Below the pieces are notes generated by a model. It made no database searches. It worked only from the letters and a program-made list of their open reading frames with translations, and was not told the DNA's origin. From the sequence record SRR22947725_1014: a DNA stretch of 34,439 nt; one strand, written 5' to 3'. The translations under genes were made by a program, and so were the position numbers. Each line of letters opens with the position of its first letter. Position 1 is the first letter of the stretch. Below are positions 1-9,222 of the stretch, piece after piece.

Positions 1-28
1 GTCCCTGGTTCGATTCCTGGAGGTACCA
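1..28 (+). tRNA. 3' part of a tRNA gene (T-arm, acceptor 3' strand, discriminator), probably tRNA-Phe; truncated by the window start
   Basis: CCTGG-TTCGATT-CCTGG T-arm with the GGTTCGA motif, then AGGTACC-A. This matches my recollection of the Bacteroidota tRNA-Phe 3' end, but the anticodon lies outside the window, so the isotype is inferred. A full CCA does not follow the discriminator. Confidence 0.8.
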
Positions 29-29
29 C

Positions 30-56
30 AAAAGTCTCTATTTATAGAGACTTTTT
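30..56. terminator. Bidirectional intrinsic terminator between the tRNA and the convergent dehydrogenase operon
   Basis: AAAAGTCTCTA-TTTA-TAGAGACTTTTT: perfect inverted repeat with an A-tract on one side and a T-tract on the other. Confidence 0.85.
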
Positions 57-71
57 GCTTTTACGCTGTTA

Positions 72-779
72 TCAAGTTATCAAATTACCCTGTTCATCCC
101 ACTCGGCTACATCGTTTCTTTTTGTCTGATCTACACATTTATCTAACCAATCTTGATCATAAGATAATCCATACTGATCCAATACATCCTGAGGAACACC
201 ATCCCAAACGTTTGGTGTATTCCCTTTATAACCTAATTCTTCAATCCCAACTTTTGAAGTGTAATAACCTGTCATAGTTAAATTTCTAAACAATGAAAAC
301 CATTTAACTTCTTCACTTTGCTCAGAACTAGACAAATCAGGATCTGGATAAGCCATTAAATCTAAAATTGATTTCTGCTGACTTTCATCACAATCAATAA
401 ACACTTTCTTAAATTTTTCATTTGAATTTTGATTTAATGCAACTAAACCCTCTTTTAATGGAGTTTCATAACTTGGTATATCTTTAGCCATAAACTCAAT
501 TAGCTCAGGCACTTCAGCATCATTGATTGATCCAAATTCATTTGGGGGAAGTATTAAATTACTGATCTTAGAAATTAATGTCATTTGATTATTGGTAAAA
601 CACTTTTTTGAAAAAAGTAATTTATCATATTCTTTTTCTTTAGGTGTTCTTCCATAGTTAAACTTTTTTAAAGAATTAGCTACAGTTTCGTTATCTACTC
701 CAGAAACGCAACCTTCGAGTAAGACACCCACGCCAATAGAGCCAAATACTAATGATTTTAAACTATCTCTTCTGTTCAT
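72..779 (-). CDS. Gluconate 2-dehydrogenase subunit 3 family protein (small Tat-exported partner of the GMC dehydrogenase)
   Basis: Twin-arginine signal MNRRDSLK, possible lipobox LEGC, and C-terminal motif FRNLTMTGYYTSKVGIEELGYKGN. Lies 3 nt downstream of the GMC gene. Confidence 0.85.
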   Translation of the reverse strand: MNRRDSLKSLVFGSIGVGVLLEGCVSGVDNETVANSLKKFNYGRTPKEKEYDKLLFSKKCFTNNQMTLISKISNLILPPNEFGSINDAEVPELIEFMAKDIPSYETPLKEGLVALNQNSNEKFKKVFIDCDESQQKSILDLMAYPDPDLSSSEQSEEVKWFSLFRNLTMTGYYTSKVGIEELGYKGNTPNVWDGVPQDVLDQYGLSYDQDWLDKCVDQTKRNDVAEWDEQGNLIT

Positions 780-782
780 AAT

Positions 783-2501
783 TTAGAAATTTTGTTTTTT
801 AAACTGATCTACAATGTAGTCTGAGGTTCTCCATGCTAAAGCCATAATAGTCCAAGTTGGGTTCTTATCTGCTTGAGAAACAAAAGGACCGGCATCAACT
901 ACGAATACATTTGAAACATCATGCAATTGTTCAAATTCGTTAACAACAGATGTTTTTGGATCACTACCCATTCTGGTTGTACCTACTTCATGAATAATTT
1001 CTCCAGGTTTGGTAAGTCCATAATTTCTGTCTTTGCCAGGTTTATTCCCTAATGCAATACCTCCCATATTATGAATAATTTCCTCAAAAGTATCTTGCAT
1101 GTGTTTTGCCTGATTTACTTCGTGATTAGACCACTTATAATTAAACCTCAAGATTGGCACTCCGAACTCATCTACCTTCTCAGGATCAATTTCACAATAA
1201 TTACTCTCCATAGCAATTGATTCTCCCCTTCCATCCATACCTAAAACAGTTCCGTAATATTTTCTCATATCAGTTCTTAACATATCTCCATAACCACCAA
1301 CTTTGATTCCAAAAAATTTATTTAAATCATTTACATTAAATCCTGATCCATATGAGGGAGCTCCCATACCTCCCCAAACTTCGATATGATATCCTCTTGG
1401 AAAATTCAAATTTTTATTATCTAACCACCAAGGTGAATAAACGTGCATTCCTCCAACTCCATCTTCATTGTAAATTTTTCTGTCTACTAATTCAGGTAAA
1501 AAAGCCATTCTACCTCCACCTGTTGAATCATGTAAATATTTACCAACAACATCGCTACTATTTCCTAATCCGTTTGGATGTTGTTTACTCTTAGAGTTTA
1601 ACAAAATTCGAGCGCTACTACAAGCTGATGCAGCTAATACAACTACTTTGGCTTTTAATTTATATTCAGTTTTATCTTCCTTATTAATAAAGGATACTCC
1701 AGTTGCCTTACCCTCTTCGTTGGTTGTAACTGTTCTAACCATTGAATTAACATATAAGTCTATTTGACCTCCATTATCTTGAGCTGGGAAAATCAAACAT
1801 GAACCAGCTGAAAAATCTGCATAAACTGAACAGCTTCTAGCACACTGTCTACAATAAAAACAAACACCTCGTTCATTGTTTATTCTTTTAGTAAGAATAG
1901 AAAGTCGTGAAGGCATTACTTTCACACTACTTTTTCTTGCTCCTTTAATGTAAAACAATTCGTGAAGTCTTGGTTTTGGAGGAGGAAGAAAAAACCCATC
2001 TGGATCGTTATATAAATTTTCCTTACTGCCAAAAACTCCAATTAGTTTATCAACTTTATCGTAGTAAGGCTTAATATCATCATATCCTATAGGCCAATCT
2101 TCACCCAATCCATCAATTGATTTCTTTTTAAAATCTTCAGGACCAAATCTTAATGAAATTCTTCCCCAATGATTTGTTCTTCCACCCAACATTCTGGATC
2201 TAAACCATCTAAATTCAGTATCACCCTTTTGAGTATAAGGCTCTCCTTCAATATCCCATCCACCATAGGCTTGATCAAAATCACCAAAAGGTCTGGTTGT
2301 GCCTGCACCTCTTCTCGGTGAGTCATAAGCCCACTTCATTTGTGTCATTTGATCTGGATTTGCCGGATCATAAAATGGCCCAGCTTCAACTATAGCTATT
2401 TTCAATCCTGCTTCGGACAAAATTTTTGAAGCCATTCCACCTCCTGCACCTGACCCTACTATAATTACATCGTATTCTTTTGAATTTTCTTTGATTTGCA
2501 T
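783..2501 (-). CDS. GMC-family FAD oxidoreductase, likely a glycoside 3-dehydrogenase catalytic subunit
   Basis: FAD-binding GSGAGG, RMLGGRTNHWG, Cys cluster CFYCRQCARSC, catalytic HEVGTTRMG, and NPTWTIMALA. Confidence 0.9.
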   Translation of the reverse strand: MQIKENSKEYDVIIVGSGAGGGMASKILSEAGLKIAIVEAGPFYDPANPDQMTQMKWAYDSPRRGAGTTRPFGDFDQAYGGWDIEGEPYTQKGDTEFRWFRSRMLGGRTNHWGRISLRFGPEDFKKKSIDGLGEDWPIGYDDIKPYYDKVDKLIGVFGSKENLYNDPDGFFLPPPKPRLHELFYIKGARKSSVKVMPSRLSILTKRINNERGVCFYCRQCARSCSVYADFSAGSCLIFPAQDNGGQIDLYVNSMVRTVTTNEEGKATGVSFINKEDKTEYKLKAKVVVLAASACSSARILLNSKSKQHPNGLGNSSDVVGKYLHDSTGGGRMAFLPELVDRKIYNEDGVGGMHVYSPWWLDNKNLNFPRGYHIEVWGGMGAPSYGSGFNVNDLNKFFGIKVGGYGDMLRTDMRKYYGTVLGMDGRGESIAMESNYCEIDPEKVDEFGVPILRFNYKWSNHEVNQAKHMQDTFEEIIHNMGGIALGNKPGKDRNYGLTKPGEIIHEVGTTRMGSDPKTSVVNEFEQLHDVSNVFVVDAGPFVSQADKNPTWTIMALAWRTSDYIVDQFKKQNF

Positions 2502-2509
2502 ATTATCTA

Positions 2510-3265
2510 TTAAAGTTCTAAAATTTTTATATTTCTAAATGAGATTACACCTGGATGATCTTGTATGCTTATTCTTCCTGTTTTAAATTTTCCAAAATCA
2601 CAATTTTGCCAAGGCTTTTGATCGCAATTATTAAATTTAGTTGGCTCTACCATAGCATCCCACTCATCTCCACTCAATGGGAATTCAACAATTTTTGTGC
2701 CATTATGAACAACTGTTCCTTTATTGACATTATGATTTATTGTAATATCATAAGAATTCCACTCTCCCGCTGGGTTAGTAACCCATTCTGAAGGAGCTAT
2801 CATACCATATAATGCGCCTGCTTGAGTTAAAGGTCCATCCGGATTTTTAGGATCTAGTATTTGAATTTCAGGACCAGTAACAAATGGGAATTCATACTTT
2901 TCATCCTCCTTGACTCCCCAAAAAAATCCACTATTTGAACCAGGGCTTACTTTCCATTCTAAATGAATTTTAAAGCTAGTATACTCCTTATCACTTACCA
3001 AACTTTTATCACCCTTACCTTTAGCATTTGCAGAGGTGAAGGTTAAAACCCCGTCATTAATATCCCAACCTGTTTTTTTACCATTATCTTGGAAATAATG
3101 CCATCCATCCATTGTATTTTGCTGAATCAACGAAACCCATTCACTATTCATACTTGATTCGTTAATTTTAGTCATTGGAATAGAATCAATTGAATTTTTA
3201 TTTTGATTGCTATTGTTGCAAGATAAAATCAAAATAGATGTAAATAATATTAATATTTTTTTCAT
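2510..3265 (-). CDS. DUF1080 / 3-keto-disaccharide hydrolase family lipoprotein
   Basis: Motifs LEWKVSPGSNSGFF, GPEIQILD, GEWNSYDI and GRISIQDH. Start moved from 3298 to the ATG at 3265, which gives an MKKILILF...LSC lipoprotein signal and removes the overlap with the upstream gene. Confidence 0.85.
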   Translation of the reverse strand: MKKILILFTSILILSCNNSNQNKNSIDSIPMTKINESSMNSEWVSLIQQNTMDGWHYFQDNGKKTGWDINDGVLTFTSANAKGKGDKSLVSDKEYTSFKIHLEWKVSPGSNSGFFWGVKEDEKYEFPFVTGPEIQILDPKNPDGPLTQAGALYGMIAPSEWVTNPAGEWNSYDITINHNVNKGTVVHNGTKIVEFPLSGDEWDAMVEPTKFNNCDQKPWQNCDFGKFKTGRISIQDHPGVISFRNIKILEL

Positions 3266-3285
3266 AGTTTTTATTGTTTTAAAAT

Positions 3286-4710
3286 TTATAATTCCCAACC
3301 TTTTCTTCTTGTTCTACCAACAAATTGATTGGCTGGTTCAAAATTAGTTATCCTTGTATTTTCACCATCCCAAAGTAACTTCTTTCTGCCAATGAATTCT
3401 TTCCCTTTTTTTAACATATAACTTCTCAAAGCTAAATTTCCCATCAAAACAGTCTCTGTGAAAGGTCCTGAATATTCAATTGGTGAAGTTAATTTTTTAT
3501 ACTCTTCACTTCCATAACCTCCTTTACAAGCATTAATCCATTCCTCATGATGAATATGATCAAGACCCTCTTTTTGAATTGAGTCGGTGTCAAAATGTAA
3601 TGTTTTTTCACCTTTTCTATAAAGTTTTGGATTTAATCCATAAACTCCACATGAAATGACTCCTTTATCGCCTATAATAAGAACTCCATTTGTATTACCT
3701 TCTTCTCCTAAATAATCTTCTGCAGGAATTATTTCTGGTCTTGGTGGAACTATTCCGCCATCCATCCATATCAATTCAACATTAGAATCTGTTTTACTTG
3801 TCTTATCAAAATGCAAGGTAATTAATGACGCAGCGGGTGGACCCTCAGGGTAATAATTAGCACTCCACATTTTTTCATAAATATTTGCCACACTACATTC
3901 GACATCTTTTGGATAACCTAGTTCTAATGCCTTATATGGTGCATCAAGAATATGGCAACCCATATCACCTAAAGCTCCAGTACCATAATCCCACCATCCT
4001 CTCCAATTGAAAGGGTGGAATTCCGGTCTATATCCTCTGTATTGAGCTGGTCCTAACCATAAATCCCAATTTAAATTTTCTGGTTTTGATGTAGATGGCT
4101 TTGGCATTTCAAAACCTTGAGGCCAAACAGGTCTATTAGTCCAAGAATACACTTTACTGATTTTACCAATAGATTTATTATTAACCCATTCTTTTATTTT
4201 ATTAACTCCTAAACTTGACCCTCCTTGGTTACCCATCTGAGTAACTACTTTATTTTTTTTCGCGGTTTTAGTTAAAATTCTAGCTTCCTCAATATTATGT
4301 GTCAAAGGTTTTTGAATATAAACATGTAATCCTCTATTCATTGCATTATTTCCAATAATTCCGTGTGTATGGTCAGGCGTACTAATAGTCACAGCATCCA
4401 AATCTTTTTCTTTATCTAAAAGCTCCCTAAAGTCAAGATAAAAATTTGCATTTGGATATTTTTTTCTTGATTTTATTACTCCGTGAGAACCATCAGGGTG
4501 TACATCACACAAGGCAACTACTCTTTCCTTGCTAGCCCATTTATTTCTAATGTCTCCTCCCTTTCCTCCGGAACCAATTGAAGCTATTAGCATTTGATCA
4601 CTTGGCGATACATACCCATTACCTCCTAGAACGTTTCTTGGAACTATAAAAAAACCCGATCCAATTAAAGCAGACTTTTTTATAAACTTTCTTCTTGAAT
4701 TTTTATTCAT
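3286..4710 (-). CDS. Gfo/Idh/MocA family NAD(P)-dependent oxidoreductase with Tat signal
   Basis: SRRKFIK twin-arginine signal, ISTPDHTH, HVYIQKPL, WDLWLGPA and GALGDMGCH. Confidence 0.9.
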   Translation of the reverse strand: MNKNSRRKFIKKSALIGSGFFIVPRNVLGGNGYVSPSDQMLIASIGSGGKGGDIRNKWASKERVVALCDVHPDGSHGVIKSRKKYPNANFYLDFRELLDKEKDLDAVTISTPDHTHGIIGNNAMNRGLHVYIQKPLTHNIEEARILTKTAKKNKVVTQMGNQGGSSLGVNKIKEWVNNKSIGKISKVYSWTNRPVWPQGFEMPKPSTSKPENLNWDLWLGPAQYRGYRPEFHPFNWRGWWDYGTGALGDMGCHILDAPYKALELGYPKDVECSVANIYEKMWSANYYPEGPPAASLITLHFDKTSKTDSNVELIWMDGGIVPPRPEIIPAEDYLGEEGNTNGVLIIGDKGVISCGVYGLNPKLYRKGEKTLHFDTDSIQKEGLDHIHHEEWINACKGGYGSEEYKKLTSPIEYSGPFTETVLMGNLALRSYMLKKGKEFIGRKKLLWDGENTRITNFEPANQFVGRTRRKGWEL

Positions 4711-4895
4711 AACTAATTTTATTCATTTTTTTAAGAAAATTGAATTATTAAATATATTACTTACAATAAATAATTGCACTTCATTAATACTTGAATTGTT
4801 ATTACTAAACAATATTTAATTAAATTGAAGCAAAAAACAATCATTTATGAAAAATAAATGATAACAATGATTTAATTTTCAATCTTTTTGAATTT

Positions 4896-5615
4896 ATGAA
4901 GAATTTTTTTATTTACTTAATTATAGTTTTAATTTTTTCACAACAATTAGCTCAATCACAAGAAATAAAAGATAAAAATGTATTAATTGTCTGGGGAGGA
5001 TGGGAAGGACATAATCCTAAACTATTTTCTGATATTGTTGAAAAATGGTTAATTAAAAATAATGCTAATGTTACAGTTAGTAATAGTTTAAATGCGTATT
5101 CAAATTTTGAATATCTCATGAAATTTGATCTTATAATTCAGTCTGTAACTATGGGGGAAATAACAAATCAACAAGAAAAAAATCTTACAAATGCTGTAAA
5201 AAAAGGTGTTGGATTTGCTGGAGCTCATGGTGGAATTATTGATTCTTTTAGGAATAACACAAGTTATCAATTTATGACTGGAGCGCAATGGGTAGAACAT
5301 CCTGGCGGTAAGGTAAATTTTAAAGTAAAAATATTTAAAGATAAAATTACTAAAGGGATAAAAGATTTCGAAATATTTACAGAACAATATTACCTTCACT
5401 TAGACCCTAATATTGAAGTTCTTGCTACAACAAAATTTGATGGCAAAAATTATCCTTGGATTAAGGATGTCGAAATGCCTGTAGTTTGGAGAAAGAAATT
5501 TGGAAAAGGAAAAGTTTTTTGTATTTCATTAGGACACAATCCAAATGAGTTCAAAACCCACATAGAAGCATGGAAACTACTAACAAGAGGGTTTATTTGG
5601 GCTAGTTCGAATTAA
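4896..5615 (+). CDS. ThuA domain-containing protein (trehalose utilization-like) with Sec signal peptide
   Basis: VWGGWEGH, GAHGG, WVEHPG, EQYY and GKGKVFCISLGH motifs; hydrophobic N-terminus ending in AQS. Confidence 0.85.
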   Translation: MKNFFIYLIIVLIFSQQLAQSQEIKDKNVLIVWGGWEGHNPKLFSDIVEKWLIKNNANVTVSNSLNAYSNFEYLMKFDLIIQSVTMGEITNQQEKNLTNAVKKGVGFAGAHGGIIDSFRNNTSYQFMTGAQWVEHPGGKVNFKVKIFKDKITKGIKDFEIFTEQYYLHLDPNIEVLATTKFDGKNYPWIKDVEMPVVWRKKFGKGKVFCISLGHNPNEFKTHIEAWKLLTRGFIWASSN

Positions 5616-6313
5616 AAAGAATTTAAATTTACTAGTTCTTGTTTTTTTAATGTTCTCCACTTTCCTCTGGGTAAATCCTTTTTTGAAAGTCCAGCAAGCA
5701 GAACTCGGTCGATAGAAATAACTTTATGGTTATATTTTTCAAATAAATTTAAGATACTAGATTGTTTGCCAGAACTAACTTCAAGACCCAATTCATTTTG
5801 CAATCCATCAGTAACAAAATCAATAGATATTATTTCAATATTTTTGCTGTTTGGTGAATTTTTGATAGAATGTAAATCCTCAATTGAAATAACATTCTTT
5901 AACCTAATATGAAATAGCTGTTTAAATGAGTTAAATCTTTTAGAAATATTATTATTAAATTGATTGTCATTTGAAATTAATACCAAGCCTGAAAATTGCT
6001 TGACTGTAGGTTGAATAGGTCTTAAGTTAACAGCATTTAAAGATGACATTAGATGTAAAACATTTTTTTTTCCTGAGATATTAAAATCAAAATCTAATGG
6101 CTTATTTAAAAGCAAATAATGAAATTTATATGGGTAAATTAAATCTCCATCAACTTTAACTTCATCATTTAAAGAAATTTTCAAACCGAGTTTTTCAACT
6201 AATTTATTGTTTACAAAAACTCTACCACTTTGAATGTAATCATCTGCTTCACGTCTAGTACATAGACCTGAATTAGAAATGTATTTGTTTAGTCTTACAA
6301 GTTGACTTTCCAT
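5612..6313 (-). CDS. RsuA/RluB/RluF-family pseudouridine synthase homologue with S4 domain and degenerate active site
   Basis: S4 domain RLNKYISNSGLCTRREAD, YLLLNKP, SGLVLISND and C-terminal LPRGKWRTL are present. The GRLD motif is replaced by QPTV. Confidence 0.8.
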   Translation of the reverse strand: MESQLVRLNKYISNSGLCTRREADDYIQSGRVFVNNKLVEKLGLKISLNDEVKVDGDLIYPYKFHYLLLNKPLDFDFNISGKKNVLHLMSSLNAVNLRPIQPTVKQFSGLVLISNDNQFNNNISKRFNSFKQLFHIRLKNVISIEDLHSIKNSPNSKNIEIISIDFVTDGLQNELGLEVSSGKQSSILNLFEKYNHKVISIDRVLLAGLSKKDLPRGKWRTLKKQELVNLNSF

Positions 6314-6319
6314 ATTATT

Positions 6320-7204
6320 TTATATACCATGCAATATTATACTAAATAATCCCAAAACGATTAAAAGTTTTAATGAATTATGTAGAAATTGAAATTTTTC
6401 TTTTGAATGACTCTTCCAAAGAAAGTAGTTGAATATAGTTAAGAAAATAAAACTGAAAAAATAAAAATATTTCATGTAAGACAGTTCATAAGAAATTAAT
6501 ATTAAATAAGCAATCACCAACACTAAAAATGAACAAAAAGTAATGTAAAACTTAGAAGCTTTTTCTCCATATTTTACAGGAATTGTGAAATAATTTAATG
6601 TAAAATCTCCAACAAAATTTTCAAGATCTTTAATTACTTCTCTTATCAGAACAATTAAAAACAAAAATAATGCGTGGGAAAAAATTTCGTTAGAATAATT
6701 TTTATAATATAGAATAATTGCAAAAAAAGGAGTAATTGACAAAAGAACAGAAAAAATATTTCCTATAAATGGATACTTACTAATTTTAACAGAATAAATA
6801 ATTATACTAAAAATATAGACAATGAAAAAAATAAGAGCTTTTAAGGAAACTAAAAAAGCTAGAATTAATGTTACGACATTCAAAAAAACATAAACTGTAA
6901 GTTTTGTTCTTCCAGATATTTCCTTCTCAAGAGTGGTTTTTAAAGGTCTATTAATTAAATCTTTTTCAGAATCAAAAACATTATTTATAATATAACCGGC
7001 TGAAATTGAAAAAGCTGAAGAAAAAATAATTAACCAAATATTAATATCAAAAACAACTTCATAAAAATTATTATTGTCAGAAAGGATATAAATTGAAGAA
7101 ATAAATTGAGCAGTTATAATAAAAAGAATATTATAGCCTCTAACAACAGAGAACAAACTTAAAAATTTAAATAAAAATCTTTTATTTAAAGAAACAAAAG
7201 ACAT
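6320..7204 (-). CDS. UbiA-superfamily prenyltransferase, DGGGP-synthase-like
   Basis: Multi-pass membrane protein with GYIINNVFDSEKDLINRP and REVIKDLENFVGD...TIPV motifs; adjacent to mevalonate kinase. Confidence 0.8.
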   Translation of the reverse strand: MSFVSLNKRFLFKFLSLFSVVRGYNILFIITAQFISSIYILSDNNNFYEVVFDINIWLIIFSSAFSISAGYIINNVFDSEKDLINRPLKTTLEKEISGRTKLTVYVFLNVVTLILAFLVSLKALIFFIVYIFSIIIYSVKISKYPFIGNIFSVLLSITPFFAIILYYKNYSNEIFSHALFLFLIVLIREVIKDLENFVGDFTLNYFTIPVKYGEKASKFYITFCSFLVLVIAYLILISYELSYMKYFYFFSFIFLTIFNYFLWKSHSKEKFQFLHNSLKLLIVLGLFSIILHGI

Positions 7205-8133
7205 CAGAAATTGTATACAACCTCAAGTTTGTAATTAGAAAGAGATTCTTTAGCTTTTTGGAAATCCTTAGAAAAACCTAATATATATCCACCTCCACCT
7301 GATCCACATAATTTCAAAAAATAATCATCAGACTCAATTCCTTTTTTCCAAAGTTGATGAAAGTCTTTTGGGATCATTGGTTTAAAATTTTCTAAAACAA
7401 CCTTAGACAAAATCTTCATATTCGTAAACAATGAATTAAAATTGCCATTTAAAAAATCTTCTACACAATCATCGGTAGTTTTAATAAAATTTTCTTTTAT
7501 TATTTTATTATAATTTTTATTTTTCATTGATTTAAAAAATAAATCTACCATTGGAGCAGTCTCACTTGACATTCCACTATCTAATAAAAACACAGCACCT
7601 TTTCCGTTTGAAGACTGAGAAGGAATTCCTGTAGTTTCGATTTCATTTTTAGAATGAATTAAAATTGGCAAACTCAAATAACTATTTAATGGGTCTAATC
7701 CTGAGGATTTTCCATGAAAAAAAGATTCCATTTTTGAAAAAATATTCTTAAGGATTAATATTTTAGGCTTGGTTAAATTTTCTAAAACTGTAATTTTATT
7801 TAATGCATATCTATCATAAAGAGCGGCAACTAAAGCACCACTACTTCCAACCCCATAGCCTTGAGGAATCGTGCTGTCGAAAAACATGCCATTTTTAAGA
7901 TCAGTGTCAAGTTTAATAAAATCAAATTCAACAACAGAGCTTTCAATTGTTTTTAAATAATTTTTAAAGTCTGTAAGACTTTTATTTGATGCTTTTTCAG
8001 ATTCATTTTTGAAATTTCCAATCTTTAAACCACCATTAAAAAAATTGTAAGGTATTGACAAACCCTTAGAATTTTTAATTATTCCATATTCACCAAATAA
8101 CAATATTTTTGAGTAAAACAAAGGGGCTTTCAT
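7204..8133 (-). CDS. mvk: Mevalonate kinase (GHMP family)
   Basis: KILLFGEY, IPQGYGVGSSGA, HGKSSGLD and KLCGSGGGG motifs; next to the decarboxylase. Confidence 0.85.
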   Translation of the reverse strand: MKAPLFYSKILLFGEYGIIKNSKGLSIPYNFFNGGLKIGNFKNESEKASNKSLTDFKNYLKTIESSVVEFDFIKLDTDLKNGMFFDSTIPQGYGVGSSGALVAALYDRYALNKITVLENLTKPKILILKNIFSKMESFFHGKSSGLDPLNSYLSLPILIHSKNEIETTGIPSQSSNGKGAVFLLDSGMSSETAPMVDLFFKSMKNKNYNKIIKENFIKTTDDCVEDFLNGNFNSLFTNMKILSKVVLENFKPMIPKDFHQLWKKGIESDDYFLKLCGSGGGGYILGFSKDFQKAKESLSNYKLEVVYNF

Positions 8134-8142
8134 ATTGTAAAA

Positions 8143-9222
8143 TTATAATTTATTTGGTCCATAACCAACATGGTCATTTATAAACTCACCTTTTTGACAA
8201 TACTTAGACAGCTTTTCATTAATGAATTTTTGAATCGTATTGAAATTTTTCTTCGGATATAACATATGGATATTAGCTCCAGCATCAAGAGTAAAACATA
8301 CTTCAGAATTTGTATTTTTTCTATAATTCCAAATTTCATTAATAATATTTAAAGTATTTGGCTTTATTAATAGATAATATGGATTAGATGTCATCATCAT
8401 GGCATGCAATGTAAGGGCTTCTAACTCAACAATATTAGTAAAAGCATCAAAATCACCGGAAACTAAAATTTTATTTAAAAGTTTCATGTTTTTTTCAACT
8501 TGATTAAGTCGATCACCAGAAAAAGAATGATCGTTCATTAATCCATGCCCTACAGTACTTGAAATATGTTTTTGTCCTTTGTCAACTAACAAAATAGTAT
8601 CTTGAATATTTCTAAAGTTATTGTGTATTTTATCTAAATATTTAACGGCATACAAATCAGAACTATTTTTAAAAAGATCAGTTTTACCCCAAATTACTAA
8701 TGGACCTAAAACACTCCTGGAAGCACTTCCAGAGCCTAATCTTGATAAAAAAGATGCCTTATTAAAAAAAAACTCAGAACTAATCTTTGGATTTATTTTT
8801 TTTTCAATATCCATTATACATAATGAAAGTGCGCTGTAAGAAGAAGCAGAAGAAGCAATTCCACTACTGTGTGGGAATGAATTTTTAGTTTCAATCGTTA
8901 ATTTTAAATCTAATAAGAATGGGCAATAATCAACTATTCTTTTAAAGAATAAATTCAATTTCTTCTCAAAAGAAATCTCTCTTTTGCCCTCAAAAAGTAA
9001 TTTAAAATCACAATTAATTACTGATTTTTTTAATGGCTTATATTTAACAACACATTCAGTGTGACAATTGGACAAAGTGAAACTTAAGGATGTGTTTAAA
9101 GGAATTTGAATCTCTTTTTTTCCCCAATATTTTATAAGCGCAATATTACTTGGAGATCTCCATCCTGTTTGCCCACTAACCTTATGAATACCGTTTAAAT
9201 CAAATTTAAATATGTTATCCAT
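8143..9222 (-). CDS. mvaD: Diphosphomevalonate decarboxylase
   Basis: PSNIALIKYWGK, HSSGIASSAS, RLGSGSASRS and TLDAGANIH (catalytic Asp present). Confidence 0.88.
   Translation of the reverse strand: MDNIFKFDLNGIHKVSGQTGWRSPSNIALIKYWGKKEIQIPLNTSLSFTLSNCHTECVVKYKPLKKSVINCDFKLLFEGKREISFEKKLNLFFKRIVDYCPFLLDLKLTIETKNSFPHSSGIASSASSYSALSLCIMDIEKKINPKISSEFFFNKASFLSRLGSGSASRSVLGPLVIWGKTDLFKNSSDLYAVKYLDKIHNNFRNIQDTILLVDKGQKHISSTVGHGLMNDHSFSGDRLNQVEKNMKLLNKILVSGDFDAFTNIVELEALTLHAMMMTSNPYYLLIKPNTLNIINEIWNYRKNTNSEVCFTLDAGANIHMLYPKKNFNTIQKFINEKLSKYCQKGEFINDHVGYGPNKL

Noticed and set aside
3266..3298. Longer N-terminus of the DUF1080 ORF (start at 3298)
   Set aside because: It overlaps the upstream gene; the ATG at 3265 gives a canonical lipoprotein signal peptide.
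1..5615. Genomic island integrated at the tRNA 3' end
   Set aside because: No integrase, I saw no second copy of the tRNA 3' end, and there is no obvious compositional break beyond what conserved enzymes explain.
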